From NCBI GenBank assembly GCA_964350865.1, contig CAYGLJ010000002.1:2276-66275 (forward strand): 64,000 nucleotides of DNA, in the 5' to 3' direction. The position numbers were made by a program, and so were the translations under genes. Below the pieces are notes generated by a model. That model saw nothing but the letters and a program-made list of their open reading frames with translations, did not search any database and was not told where the DNA came from. Shown here piece by piece: positions 29,264 to 39,382 of the stretch (its first letter is position 1; every line of letters begins with the position of its first letter). The DNA comes from an uncultured Microbacteriaceae bacterium. GTDB lineage: Bacteria; Actinomycetota; Actinomycetes; Actinomycetales; Microbacteriaceae.

Positions 29264-31420
29264 GTGGGACCCTCATTCAGGAGTAAGTTTTGTGATGTGA
29301 ACGCCATTATTCGCTTTATTACCGGGCCCAAGACCGCATGGGTCACTCTTCTCATTGGATTGATTTTTGCCGTCCTGTCCTTCACGGTATTTGCCGCTGA
29401 AGAGACCAACGTCAGCCCGGACAACGGCCTCCCTGATGACTCGGAAGTGATTCTGGTCGAACAAGCGCTTGCCGATATGCCCGGATCAGAAGGCACGGCC
29501 GCGGTCGTCGTTTTGGCAAAGTCATCGGGCGAGTTCACTGATGACGACATTGTGTGGTTGCAGGGTGAATTTGACCCGATGATTCAGATGCCTTCTGGGG
29601 GTGCGAACGAGCTTTTTACCGAGTACAGCAACGTCGAGGTGATGGGAGAACTCTTCGTTCCCCCTGCCACCATTTCGGAGGACAACACGACGGCAGTGCT
29701 GACCATTCCGATGGACGAAATTGATGACGTCGACGAGCAGGCTGAGCGCATTGCGGAAATCAGAGCAATCGCGGCCGAGAATGTGCCCGCGGGAATTGAG
29801 CCCTACGTCACCGGCCCCGAAGGTTTCCAGGTCGACCTAGCTGGGGTGTTTGCCGGGGCAGACTTCACACTGCTCCTGGCCACCGTCCTCATTGTGATTT
29901 TCCTTCTCCTGGTGACATACCGGAGCCCCATCCTCTGGATTGTTCCCTTGCTCGTGGTCGGAACCGCAGACGGCATGGCCGGTCAGATTGGTCGCAATGT
30001 CGCAGCGTTCTTCAATATCACCGCAGATGGCTCGATCACGGGAATCCTCTCCGTCCTGGTCTTTGGGGCCGGCACCAACTATGCCCTGCTGCTGATTGCC
30101 CGATACAAAGAAGAACTCCTCACGGTCGAAGACCGGCATGAGGCGATGACACGAGCAGTGAAGGGTGCAGGCCCGGCGATTCTCGCGTCAGGTGGAACAG
30201 TGGCGCTGGCTTTGCTCACCTTGAGTTTTGCGGAGCTCGGCGGCAACAGAGCCCTGGGGTTGGTGTGCGCCAGCGGAATTGTGGTCGCCATGATTGCCGC
30301 ACTCGGTGTTCTGCCCGCGGCCATTGTGGTCTTTGGGCGTGGCTTGTTCTGGCCCTTCGTTCCAAAATTTGGCGGGGTGAATAAGTCTGAAACCGGCTGG
30401 TGGGCAAAGCTCGGTAAGGGAGTGAGTAAGCGCCCCGTCACCGTCGCCATTCTCGGCATTGCAGTCCTGGGAGGACTGAGCGTCGGGGCTTCCGGTATCA
30501 CTATCGGGCTTCCCGAGACGGAGCAATTCCGGGTAAAGCCGGAGGCTGTCACCGGTATCGAGGTCTTGGCAGAAGCGTTCCCCGCGGGCGCGAGTGCTCC
30601 TACCCAGGTTATTGCCGTCAACGACCGAGCGGACGATGTTGTCGATGCTGCTCTCGCGTCCCCACTCGTGGCATCCGCGGAGATTGTGAACCAGAACGAT
30701 GACTTCTCCCGCATAGATGTGGTCCTCGATGCCGAGGGTGGCAGCGAGGAAGCATACGGCGCAATCGAGACTCTTCGGGAGAACGTTCAAGCAGTTCCCG
30801 GGGCCAATGCCCTGGTGGGAGGTGACGACGCCACCCGTCTCGCGGTCAAGCAGGCGTATGAGAGGGACCAGCTGCTGGTGATTCCGCTCATCCTGGTCCT
30901 GGTGTTCATTGTGCTGGTTCTGCTTCTGAAGGCACTGGTGGCGCCGATTCTGCTTCTGGGAAGCGTGGTGCTGTCCTTCTTCTCTGCGATGGGAGCAGCC
31001 TGGCTGATTTTCCAGAACGTGTTTGGGATGTCGGGTCTGGACTTCAGTGTCTTCCTGTATTCCTTCTTGTTCCTCGTGGCGTTGGGTGTCGATTACAACA
31101 TCTTCTTGGTCTCGAGGGCTAGAGAGGAGTCCGCAAACTTGGCGACAACGACACGTCAACCAACCCGCCAGGCGATGATCAAGGCACTGGGAGCGACTGG
31201 TGGGGTCATTACCAGTGCTGGAATCTTGTTGGCCGCGGTTTTTGCTGTCTTGGGCGTCCTGCCGCTGATTGCCTTGTTCCAGATTGGCATCATCGTCGGT
31301 ATCGGTGTGCTGATCGACACTTTGCTCGTGCGTACCGTGGTGGTTCCAGCTCTTGCCTTCATCACGGGGGATTCTTTCTGGTGGCCGCGGAAGAAGCTCA
31401 CGGCCAGTAAGTTCTCCTGA
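29264..31420 (+). CDS. MMPL/RND-superfamily transporter
   Basis: Two blocks of about 6 TM helices, each preceded by a large soluble loop, with GxDYxIFL (LGVDYNIFLVSRARE). The probable true start is GTG 29297. Confidence 0.85.
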   Translation: MGPSFRSKFCDVNAIIRFITGPKTAWVTLLIGLIFAVLSFTVFAAEETNVSPDNGLPDDSEVILVEQALADMPGSEGTAAVVVLAKSSGEFTDDDIVWLQGEFDPMIQMPSGGANELFTEYSNVEVMGELFVPPATISEDNTTAVLTIPMDEIDDVDEQAERIAEIRAIAAENVPAGIEPYVTGPEGFQVDLAGVFAGADFTLLLATVLIVIFLLLVTYRSPILWIVPLLVVGTADGMAGQIGRNVAAFFNITADGSITGILSVLVFGAGTNYALLLIARYKEELLTVEDRHEAMTRAVKGAGPAILASGGTVALALLTLSFAELGGNRALGLVCASGIVVAMIAALGVLPAAIVVFGRGLFWPFVPKFGGVNKSETGWWAKLGKGVSKRPVTVAILGIAVLGGLSVGASGITIGLPETEQFRVKPEAVTGIEVLAEAFPAGASAPTQVIAVNDRADDVVDAALASPLVASAEIVNQNDDFSRIDVVLDAEGGSEEAYGAIETLRENVQAVPGANALVGGDDATRLAVKQAYERDQLLVIPLILVLVFIVLVLLLKALVAPILLLGSVVLSFFSAMGAAWLIFQNVFGMSGLDFSVFLYSFLFLVALGVDYNIFLVSRAREESANLATTTRQPTRQAMIKALGATGGVITSAGILLAAVFAVLGVLPLIALFQIGIIVGIGVLIDTLLVRTVVVPALAFITGDSFWWPRKKLTASKFS

Positions 31421-32211
31421 TGTCTGAGCGTTCGTTTCGGTTTACTCACGCCATCACCCGGCGTCCCCCGCTGAGTGCCGTTCATGGGTTGCGAGCTGAG
31501 GATGTGGGAAACCCCGACATCGATACCTTGATGCGGCATCACGATGCATATATTCGGGCATTGCGCCAAGCCGGTGTTGAGGTCAGCGTTCTTGATGCTC
31601 TCGAGGAGTTTCCTGACTCACTTTTTGTGGAGGATACGACATTGTGTCTTCCGGAGGGCGCTGTTGTCTTGCGACCTGGAGCACCGAGCCGTTTTGGAGA
31701 ATCGATGGCGATGGCTCCCCATGTCCGCGATATGTATTCGGACGTCCGCGAACTCTCCGGTCCCGGATTTATTGAAGGTGGAGACATCTTGACCACCGAG
31801 ACAGAGATTTTGGTAGGAAGATCGGATCGGACGAACGTCGAAGGGATATCGGAGCTCCGTGACGCAGTATCGGGCTGGGGCTATACCGTTCGAGAGGTGA
31901 AGACTCCTCCTGGGGTTTTGCATTTCAAGTCTGACTGTTCCCTGCTCGATGGCTCCACGATTCTGTCCACTCCGCGCCTCAGCGCAAGCGGCTGTTTCGA
32001 GGGCTACACCGTGGTGGATGTTGCTGAGGGTGAAGAACCAGCCGCAAATAGCATCCGGGTTAACGATGTCGTCTTTATGCCCGCGGGTTTCCCCGTCACC
32101 ACCGAGCGGGTTCGCGAGGCCGGCTTCGTGGTGATCGAATTAGATAACTCCGAGTGCCAGAAAATCGACGGTGGCTTGTCGTGCTTGTCTCTGCGGTTTA
32201 GTCCGAGCTAG
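31420..32211 (+). CDS. dimethylarginine dimethylaminohydrolase (DDAH)/amidinotransferase-fold enzyme
   Basis: VLHFKSD His region and C-terminal DGGLSCLSLRF catalytic-Cys motif. TGATG 1-nt overlap with the MMPL gene. Confidence 0.75.
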   Translation: MSERSFRFTHAITRRPPLSAVHGLRAEDVGNPDIDTLMRHHDAYIRALRQAGVEVSVLDALEEFPDSLFVEDTTLCLPEGAVVLRPGAPSRFGESMAMAPHVRDMYSDVRELSGPGFIEGGDILTTETEILVGRSDRTNVEGISELRDAVSGWGYTVREVKTPPGVLHFKSDCSLLDGSTILSTPRLSASGCFEGYTVVDVAEGEEPAANSIRVNDVVFMPAGFPVTTERVREAGFVVIELDNSECQKIDGGLSCLSLRFSPS

Positions 32212-33491
32212 CGCTCTTCAAGGCCCCAGGCCTGGCCATAACCACCCTCGGATTCTGGCTGAGCCATGAGCTCCAGGAAGGGCTTCGCGTCGAATGCTTC
32301 TGGCCCATGCACACCTGAGCCTGTCCAGACACCGGCGGCAAGAAGCTCCAGTGCCACGGCAGGGGCGAGAGCTGTCTGCCACACGACGCACTGGGCGTCG
32401 TAGTGTTCCATAGTCCAGGCGTTATCAATGGCGTGATAGAGGAAGACTTCCCGCGGAGCACCATCTTTTCCTAAGCCGGTCACCCAGGTTCCCGCACACG
32501 TGGTGCCGCTCATGCGATCACCCAATGTGGCGGGGTCGGGCAACACAGCAGCTACCAGATCACGCGGAGCCACTGTGGCAACGGAACGCTTGCCCTCGGC
32601 GTCGGGTGCGGTGCGCACTGATGTCGGGGTGATCGAATCCAAGCCGAGCAGATTCAGAGTTCTCAGCACTCCAATGAATTCCTCACCGAGCCCGTACTTG
32701 AAGGTCACCCGCTTCGCATCGAGATAGCGGGGGACGAGCGAGACCTCTTCATGCTCGACATTGACGCATTCGACCGGACCAATACCCGCGGGGAAGGTGA
32801 AGACTTCAGGCTCACTAAAGGGAGCCGTGGTGAACCAGCCTTTCTCTTTTTCCCAAATGAGGGGAGGGTTGAGGCACTCTTCGATCGTCGTCCAAATGCT
32901 GAACGAGGGCGCGAAAATTTCGCGCCCGTTCTCATCAGTCACTACGAGGTTTGCCCCATCGCGGACGCCAATCTCGTCAATCTCGCTAAAGAGGTGATCG
33001 GCAGCGTATTTGGCGAAGACATCCGAAATTCCAGGCTCCACACCCATTCCGACCAATGCCAGACGCCCTGCTTTCTCCCACTCCGACGCCTTTTCAAACT
33101 GATAGTCCCCAAGCTTGATGTGGGGAGTGGTGTGGGGATCAGTGGGGTGGGCCTTGGAGAGACTCATGGCCATGTCCATGTAGTCGGCCCCGGCGGCCAG
33201 CGCGCCATCAAAGATGCTCTCCACGAACGATGGTTCGACAGCATTCATCACGATGGTCGATCCGTGTGCGCGAGCAGCATCGGTCACGTTCGAGGGCTGT
33301 GAGGCGTCTATCTGGGTTGCACTGAATCGGGGGTGAGCCTCGGGAAAGCGGTTTCCAATCCACGCCACCACAGATTCCGCACGCGAGAGGTCGTAGTCAG
33401 CGACAACTACTGACTCGTAGAAGTCACGTGTCGCCAGGAGTTTCGCGAGAGAGTTACCAACGCCACCGGCACCAACAAGCAGAATTTTCAT
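32208..33491 (-). CDS. saccharopine-dehydrogenase-family NAD(P)-binding protein
   Basis: MKILLVGAGGVGNS Rossmann start. 427 aa, with overall pattern like the saccharopine/carboxynorspermidine dehydrogenase family. Confidence 0.8.
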   Translation of the reverse strand: MKILLVGAGGVGNSLAKLLATRDFYESVVVADYDLSRAESVVAWIGNRFPEAHPRFSATQIDASQPSNVTDAARAHGSTIVMNAVEPSFVESIFDGALAAGADYMDMAMSLSKAHPTDPHTTPHIKLGDYQFEKASEWEKAGRLALVGMGVEPGISDVFAKYAADHLFSEIDEIGVRDGANLVVTDENGREIFAPSFSIWTTIEECLNPPLIWEKEKGWFTTAPFSEPEVFTFPAGIGPVECVNVEHEEVSLVPRYLDAKRVTFKYGLGEEFIGVLRTLNLLGLDSITPTSVRTAPDAEGKRSVATVAPRDLVAAVLPDPATLGDRMSGTTCAGTWVTGLGKDGAPREVFLYHAIDNAWTMEHYDAQCVVWQTALAPAVALELLAAGVWTGSGVHGPEAFDAKPFLELMAQPESEGGYGQAWGLEER

Positions 33492-33568
33492 GCTTCAACG
33501 CTAGTGCGAAAGGGTCTACTTTGTCCCCACCGCCGTTACGGCTTCAGTTCGGGTGAGAACAGTAGGCA

Positions 33569-34537
33569 TCAGGGAGCGAGGAGAAGTTTGCCCGAGGTGA
33601 CCCGGGCGGCGAGATCCTCGTGGGCCCTCTTGGCGTCTTCGAGAGGATAGGTCCCGTGCAGCGAGAATGACAGGGATTCATTCTCGAGTGCCTCGAATAC
33701 TTCTGACGCTCTCCACCTGAGCTCCTCAGGTGTCTGAGTGAAATGAGTGAGGCTGGGACGGGTGAGGAACAGCGACCCCAATTGGTTCAAAATTTGCGGA
33801 TCAAAGGACCCTACGGGGCCACTGGATTGACCAAACAGCGCCATGATGCCCCGCGGTGCGAGGCTGTGCAGACTCGCCTCGAAGGTGTCTCGACCTACCC
33901 CGTCATAGACAACCCGCACGCCTCTGTCGCTGGTGATCTCCCTGACTCTCTGGGCGACATCTTCTCGGTCATATCGAATGATGTGATGTGCGCCTGCGGC
34001 CAGTGCCGCGTCAGCTTTCGCGTCCGTAGATACTGTCCCAATAACCTCACCGCCACGGGCTCGAATCATCTGACACAACAGCAGCCCAACACCGCCTGCT
34101 GCGGCGTGAACCAAGGCGGTGTCCCCTGGAACTACTTGGTGGACGCTGGTCACGAGATAGTGGGCGGTCAGGCCCTGCAACATCATCCCGGCGGCTGTCT
34201 CGAGACTGAGGGAGTCTGGGACGAGAACAGCTATATCTGCTGGCATGGCGACCACCTCGGAGTAGCTTCCGAGGTGACCCGTCCACGCCACCCGATCACC
34301 CGGGGAAAACTCGGTGACAGCAGAACCTACCGACCGGACAACCCCCGCTCCTTCGAGACCCGGCGTATAGGGAAGAGCGAGAGAGTAGAGGCCTTGGCGT
34401 TGGTAGATGTCAATGAAGTTCACCCCTGCCGCTTGGACATCGACGATAATGTCGCGCTCGCCGCCGGTTGGCTCCGGTACCTCTGAGGCAACGAGGACCT
34501 CAGGCCCCCCGGTCTGGGACACAAGAATGGCTCGCAC
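33569..34537 (-). CDS. qor: NADPH:quinone oxidoreductase (zeta-crystallin-like MDR)
   Basis: GVNFIDIYQRQGLY, AAAGGVGLLLCQ and TSGKLLL motifs. It lacks Zn ligands, as in QOR. Confidence 0.85.
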   Translation of the reverse strand: MRAILVSQTGGPEVLVASEVPEPTGGERDIIVDVQAAGVNFIDIYQRQGLYSLALPYTPGLEGAGVVRSVGSAVTEFSPGDRVAWTGHLGSYSEVVAMPADIAVLVPDSLSLETAAGMMLQGLTAHYLVTSVHQVVPGDTALVHAAAGGVGLLLCQMIRARGGEVIGTVSTDAKADAALAAGAHHIIRYDREDVAQRVREITSDRGVRVVYDGVGRDTFEASLHSLAPRGIMALFGQSSGPVGSFDPQILNQLGSLFLTRPSLTHFTQTPEELRWRASEVFEALENESLSFSLHGTYPLEDAKRAHEDLAARVTSGKLLLAP

Positions 34538-34580
34538 ACATCACCTTTCCTAGAATGAGCCCAGAATACGCCGATGCAGC

Positions 34581-36182
34581 CTAGGAATAGAGGGCCCGGA
34601 CCGCTGCCTCGGCCTCGGAGGGGGTACTCGCGGCGAGGGCAACGCGCGCAGCTTCGGAGGCAGAGTCGGCATCCACTGCGCTGAGGGCGGTGCTCACAGA
34701 ATCGACAGCACTCGGTGCGACACTCACGGAGTCAATTCCCAACCCTGCGAAGACGATCGAGAGCAGAGGATTGGCGGCACTTTCTCCACACACGCCAACA
34801 GGGATTCCCAACTGACGTGCCGACTGCGCGATGGTGTTTACCGTCCTGAGAAGACCTGGTTGCCAGGGGTCATTGAGCGCACCCAGTCGGGGGTGCATGC
34901 GATCAGCAGCAAAGAGATATTGCGAGAGATCATTCGTCCCAATACTCACAAAGCTCAGAAGACCCTCGAGGTCCGACATGACGGGGACGATGGCGGGAGT
35001 CTCGATCATGATTCCCACCTGAGTGATGCCGGCCTCGTCACAGAGGGCTTTAAATTCCCTCACCTCCGACACGGTTGACACCATCGGGGCCATGACGCCA
35101 ACATCGCGCCCGGTCGTAACAATCGCCTGTGCGATGGCCCTCAGTTGGGAGCGTTGAAAGTCGCTGTGTTCGGCCGTGAGCCTGAATCCTCGGACACCCA
35201 GGGCCGGGTTTTCCTCGTGAGGAAGGGCCAGGAAGGGGACAGGTTTGTCACTGCCGGCGTCGATTGTCCTGATGATGATTTTGCCCGCAGGTGCAGCCTT
35301 CAATACGTCGATATAGAGCGAAGTTTGCTCGTCCGCGCTCGGCATCGTGGAAGCGGACAGGTAGAGGACTTCGGTCCTAAAGAGTCCCACTCCTCTCGCC
35401 GACGTTGTCGAAGCCTTTTCTGCGTCAGCCACCCCCCCGATGTTTGCTCGAACGGTAATGAGGGGAGCATCAGCCTGAGGAATGAAGGAAATGGCCGTTG
35501 TCGCACTCGATATGTCGCCCCCCACTACAGCGCGGTTGCCCTCGGGATCCACCAGGATGCTCGTTCCTTGCTCGAGAGACATGGCACCTTTGGCGCTCAC
35601 GATCGCGGGAATACCGAGCGCTCGACAGATAATTGCCGTGTGAGAGGTAGGTCCTCCCAGTTCTGTGATGACCCCCACCACGGACTCGCCAAACTGGGAG
35701 GTTTCCAGCGGAGTAAGGTCTTCTGCGACAATAATCCACCTGCCCTCGTGGGGAATCCCCGGACCGGCGGCAAGGCCTCTTACCCACGCGGAGATACGAG
35801 CTGCAATACCGCGCAAGTCTCCGATTCGAGATTGAAAGTCCTCGTCATCCCCCATGAGGTCAGCAAATTCATCGAGAGCCTTGAATAACGCTGTGGGAGC
35901 GTCGGCACCAGCATCAAGATGAGGACGGGCCATGTCTTGAAGTTCGGGATCTTCCAGGATGATCAATAAGGCGTCGAGAATCTCTCGGGTGGTGGTGTCA
36001 CCGGAGGATGCCTCGTCACGAATAGTTGCCGCTGTGGTGGCAATGGCGGTGCCGAGAATGCTGGCTTCCTCGTCCGGTGAATGGGTAGAGGTTTTGTGCT
36101 CAAAGACCTCATCAGAGGTGCGAAGGACAAAGACCTCACCCACGGCCGCGTGAGAGCCGACTCCGATGCCGGTGAGTTCCAT
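34581..36182 (-). CDS. ptsI: phosphoenolpyruvate--protein phosphotransferase (PTS Enzyme I)
   Basis: Active-site GGPTSHTAIICRALGIPAI, IGTNDLSQY and CGESA motifs. Confidence 0.92.
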   Translation of the reverse strand: MELTGIGVGSHAAVGEVFVLRTSDEVFEHKTSTHSPDEEASILGTAIATTAATIRDEASSGDTTTREILDALLIILEDPELQDMARPHLDAGADAPTALFKALDEFADLMGDDEDFQSRIGDLRGIAARISAWVRGLAAGPGIPHEGRWIIVAEDLTPLETSQFGESVVGVITELGGPTSHTAIICRALGIPAIVSAKGAMSLEQGTSILVDPEGNRAVVGGDISSATTAISFIPQADAPLITVRANIGGVADAEKASTTSARGVGLFRTEVLYLSASTMPSADEQTSLYIDVLKAAPAGKIIIRTIDAGSDKPVPFLALPHEENPALGVRGFRLTAEHSDFQRSQLRAIAQAIVTTGRDVGVMAPMVSTVSEVREFKALCDEAGITQVGIMIETPAIVPVMSDLEGLLSFVSIGTNDLSQYLFAADRMHPRLGALNDPWQPGLLRTVNTIAQSARQLGIPVGVCGESAANPLLSIVFAGLGIDSVSVAPSAVDSVSTALSAVDADSASEAARVALAASTPSEAEAAVRALYS

Positions 36183-36200
36183 CAGTCGTGGCCTCCGGGC

Positions 36201-36473
36201 CTAACCCTGGTTGATGAGGTTTTCGATCTCACCAGCGAGCGTTTCCGGGTCGCTTGATCCCGCAGAGTCAATGACAATCTCGAGGGTCTCGCCCGTTTTG
36301 ACTTTAAGTGCCAGCATTTTGAGCGCCGAGGTGGCGAGAGCTTCTGCACCAGCAGTGCTGCGCAGTGTCACAGTCGCTCCTGTTTCTCTCACCAGGGTGA
36401 CAATCTGACCAACAGGGCGCGCGTGGAGGCCAATCGGGTCTTCCACGGTGATGGTGTGAACGTGGGCGCTCAT
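36201..36473 (-). CDS. ptsH: phosphocarrier protein HPr
   Basis: 90 aa with IGLHARP (His-15 region). Confidence 0.85.
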   Translation of the reverse strand: MSAHVHTITVEDPIGLHARPVGQIVTLVRETGATVTLRSTAGAEALATSALKMLALKVKTGETLEIVIDSAGSSDPETLAGEIENLINQG

Positions 36474-36475
36474 TC

Positions 36476-37525
36476 CTAGACCCCCTGCGGCTTGATGACG
36501 ACTTTGATAGCTTCCCCCGACGTTACCGCGCTAATCGCGTCCTGCACTTGGTCGAGAGGGAGACGGTGGGTAATCAAGTCGGCGACAGGGACAGCTCCTG
36601 AGGCGATGAGAGCCAAAGCTTCTTTGTTCTGCGCCGGGGAGGATCCATTAGCGCCGGCAAGAATGAGCTCCTTGTAGTGAACAACATTGGAGTCGACCTG
36701 GATCATGGGCTTGTCTTTGGGGAGTCCACCAAAGAAGCTCACCCGGCCACCGGGCGCTGCCATTGCAATGGCTTGTTCTTGTGCTTGACCAGAAGGCGCA
36801 GCGGTGATGATGACACTTGGACCGATTCCATTAGTTTCGGCAGCGACAATGTCTTCGAGGTTCTCAGACGACATATCGATAGCTCGATCTGGCTTCACAG
36901 CGTCAGCGGAAAGCTTGAGACGCCCTCCATTGATGTCGGCAAGCATGACCTTGGTGGCACCCAGGGCGCGCGCCAATCTGATGTGGAGACACCCAATGGG
37001 TCCTGCCCCCATGACCAGCACGGTGTCTCCTGGTCCTACATTGACCAGACGTTGAGCGTTCAGCACACATGCCAGTGGTTCCGCCACGGAGGCCTCATCG
37101 AAGCTGAGGCCGTCAGGAATCGTGTTCACACCGTCGGCCTTGATGACTGCCTGGGGGACAATCATCTCCTGGGCGAATCCTCCAGGGAATTGGTAACCCA
37201 TGGAGGTTTGGTTGATGCAAATACCCTGTTTGCCCGCTTTACAGGCCCAGCATTCTTCGCAGGGAACTGCGGCAATAATCTGCACTCGTTGTCCCACGGT
37301 GTAGCCGGTGGCGGCACTTCCCACCTCAATAATTTCCCCGGCAATCTCGTGACCAATGATTTGGGGTGGTTCGAGGCGTGGGTGACCGTGATGAAAAATT
37401 TTGGCGTCTGTTCCACAGGTGGCGCACGATTCAACTCGAATCTTGAGCTCATCGGGTGCGGGGCTTGGGGTGTCAACTTCTATGACGTTCAAGTCACCCG
37501 GTCCCTGGAACAGTGCTGCCTTCAT
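36476..37525 (-). CDS. Zn-dependent medium-chain dehydrogenase (polyol / polyol-phosphate dehydrogenase-like)
   Basis: Catalytic Zn ligands CATCGTD and GHE, structural Zn cluster CEECWACKAGKQGIC, and GAGPIGC NAD motif. It lies inside the PTS operon. Confidence 0.88.
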   Translation of the reverse strand: MKAALFQGPGDLNVIEVDTPSPAPDELKIRVESCATCGTDAKIFHHGHPRLEPPQIIGHEIAGEIIEVGSAATGYTVGQRVQIIAAVPCEECWACKAGKQGICINQTSMGYQFPGGFAQEMIVPQAVIKADGVNTIPDGLSFDEASVAEPLACVLNAQRLVNVGPGDTVLVMGAGPIGCLHIRLARALGATKVMLADINGGRLKLSADAVKPDRAIDMSSENLEDIVAAETNGIGPSVIITAAPSGQAQEQAIAMAAPGGRVSFFGGLPKDKPMIQVDSNVVHYKELILAGANGSSPAQNKEALALIASGAVPVADLITHRLPLDQVQDAISAVTSGEAIKVVIKPQGV

Positions 37526-37528
37526 GCT

Positions 37529-37960
37529 CTATGCGCCTTTCAGAATGAGGTCTTTGATGACCTGTGCGTCAGATGTTGTGCGAAGTATGTGGGCGGATTC
37601 TTCGTCCATGAGAAGGTCCGCGAGATTGCCCAGAATTTCGACGTGACCATCTCCTTGAGATGCGATTCCGACGCACACCGAGATGTCCTCATTGACCCAA
37701 GCCACTGGCTTGGTCAATCTCACAAAGACCAACTGGTCAAAATTCACGTATTGTCTGGATTCATCAGTTCCGTGGGGGATCGCGAAGCCCTCTCCAAGTT
37801 CTGAGGGGAAAATCTGTTCGCGCTCCCACATTGCTTCTGCGTATTCCGGGGAAACCGCTCCCAGCTGAACCAGGAGCGAGCCGCAGATGCGGACGGCCTC
37901 CTCTCTCGAGGAGGCCGTCGCATCTAGCGTGATACCGGCCAGTTGGAGTAAATCAGCCAT
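37529..37960 (-). CDS. PTS EIIA component, mannitol/fructose (EIIA-2) family
   Basis: GFAIPHGT phospho-His motif. The start is assigned to ATG 37960, giving an 8-nt overlap with the EIIB gene; the track ORF extends to 38017. Confidence 0.85.
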   Translation of the reverse strand: MADLLQLAGITLDATASSREEAVRICGSLLVQLGAVSPEYAEAMWEREQIFPSELGEGFAIPHGTDESRQYVNFDQLVFVRLTKPVAWVNEDISVCVGIASQGDGHVEILGNLADLLMDEESAHILRTTSDAQVIKDLILKGA

Positions 37961-38267
37961 CAGAGATGGTGTCTCCGTTCTGAAGAGCCCCGACCAGCTT
38001 GGCAATGTTGAGATCACCGAGGAACATGTCGAAGATGATCACCACCGAATCGGGAACGGCTTGCTTAGCCCGAGCGCTGAGGCCCCGGTGAACAAGCACG
38101 ATCTCGTGCGGTGTTTCTGACAGCTGGTTCACCGGGGAATGAACCACGGTGATTCCTTGACTCTTGAGCTGTTTCGCTAGTTGCCGGGCGACCATAACGC
38201 TGGAGCCCATGCCTGCTTCGCAGGCAACAACAATTTGCTTAACATCACTCGCCGATACGGAGGCCAT
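37953..38267 (-). CDS. PTS EIIB component, mannitol-type
   Basis: VVACEAGMGSSVMVA phospho-Cys motif. 104 aa, stand-alone. Confidence 0.8.
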   Translation of the reverse strand: MASVSASDVKQIVVACEAGMGSSVMVARQLAKQLKSQGITVVHSPVNQLSETPHEIVLVHRGLSARAKQAVPDSVVIIFDMFLGDLNIAKLVGALQNGDTISDG

Positions 38268-38269
38268 GG

Positions 38270-39382
38270 CTACTTGCCAGCCTGCAGCTCTTTGCTGCGC
38301 TGCCTGGCGGCGTCAAACTCTGACTTGGAGGCGTCAACCTTCGAGAGCTTGAGGATGAACCACGACACAACGAAGGACGCAGCGGCGGAGAGGACGATAC
38401 CGAGAAGCACACCGAGGTGGTTACCGGGAGGGGTCACTGCCAGGTAGGCAAAGATCGATCCGGGCGACGGTGTTGCTACCAGTCCCACGCCAGTCACCAT
38501 GAAGGTTGCAACACCCACGGCGCCACCGACGATAGCTCCCAGGACAACCTGAGGCTTCAGCAGCACGTAGGGGAAGTAGATTTCATGGATTCCACCGAGG
38601 AAGTGGATGATGATGGCACCGGGTGCGGAACCGCGGAGCAGCTTGGGGCCAGCGAGCCAGAAGGCCAGCAGGATTCCCAAACCAGGACCAGGGTTGGTCT
38701 CCAGCATGAAGAGGATGGACTTGCCCGTCTCTTCAGCCTGAACCACACCGAGCGGTCCCAGAACACCGTGGTTGATCGCGTTGTTCATGAACAGAATCTT
38801 CGCCGGCTCAATCAGCACTGATGCGATCGGGAGAAGAGAGTTGTCCACGAGCCAGCTCACGCCGCCACCCAGAACGTTGGTAATTCCCGAAACGATCGGA
38901 CCAATTCCCAAGTAACCGAGCATGGCACCGAGCATTCCGGCGATACCCAGCGAGAAGTTGCCGATAAGCATTTCGAAGCCGGGAGGGGTGATGGGGTCAA
39001 GTACCTTGTCGATGTACTTGAGGATCCATGCCATCAGCGGACCAATAATCATGGCGCCGAGGAACATGGGGATGTCTGTTCCCACAATCACACCGACGGT
39101 TGCAACCGAACCAATCACCGCACCGCGCTGACCGTGAACGATTCGACCACCCGTGTATCCGATAAGAATCGGGAGCAGGTTCAGAATCATGGGGCCGACC
39201 ATGGACGAGAAGTTCTCGTTGGGCAGCCATCCTGTGGGGATGAACAGAGCTGTCAGCAGACCCCAGGCAATGAAGGCTCCGATGTTCGGAATCACCATTC
39301 CCGCGAGGTTGCCGCCGAGCTTCTGCAATCCGGCGCGCCAGCCACCTTGGCCGTCGCTACCAGAGGGAATAAAATCACTCAT
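38270..39382 (-). CDS. PTS EIIC component, mannitol-type permease
   Basis: MVIPNIGAFIAWGLLTALFIPTGWLPN closely matches the MtlA EIIC signature. ATG 39382 is preceded by GGAAGG. The 121 codons upstream in the track ORF are Arg/Pro-rich and rejected. Confidence 0.88.
   Translation of the reverse strand: MSDFIPSGSDGQGGWRAGLQKLGGNLAGMVIPNIGAFIAWGLLTALFIPTGWLPNENFSSMVGPMILNLLPILIGYTGGRIVHGQRGAVIGSVATVGVIVGTDIPMFLGAMIIGPLMAWILKYIDKVLDPITPPGFEMLIGNFSLGIAGMLGAMLGYLGIGPIVSGITNVLGGGVSWLVDNSLLPIASVLIEPAKILFMNNAINHGVLGPLGVVQAEETGKSILFMLETNPGPGLGILLAFWLAGPKLLRGSAPGAIIIHFLGGIHEIYFPYVLLKPQVVLGAIVGGAVGVATFMVTGVGLVATPSPGSIFAYLAVTPPGNHLGVLLGIVLSAAASFVVSWFILKLSKVDASKSEFDAARQRSKELQAGK

Noticed and set aside
30188-31159. 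323-aa minus-strand ORF, and the 211-aa ORF at 30079-30714.
   Set aside because: Both are antisense to the MMPL transporter gene, with an Arg/His/Gln-rich non-protein-like composition.
24565-33491. Possible genomic island integrated at tRNA-Ser, since the accessory-looking genes trhO to the saccharopine-DH-like gene follow the tRNA.
   Set aside because: There is no integrase, recombinase, transposase or phage gene. I saw no obvious repeat of the tRNA 3' end, and no visible compositional shift by eye.
33743-35888. Two 247-aa + strand ORFs (33743-34486 and 35145-35888).
   Set aside because: They are antisense to the qor and ptsI genes, which carry family motifs. These are shadow ORFs.
36677-37804. 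375-aa + strand ORF, the longest unexplained ORF in the track.
   Set aside because: It lies entirely antisense to the Zn-dehydrogenase and EIIA genes, which have clear catalytic motifs. Its product is low-complexity with no motifs. This is a typical high-GC shadow ORF.
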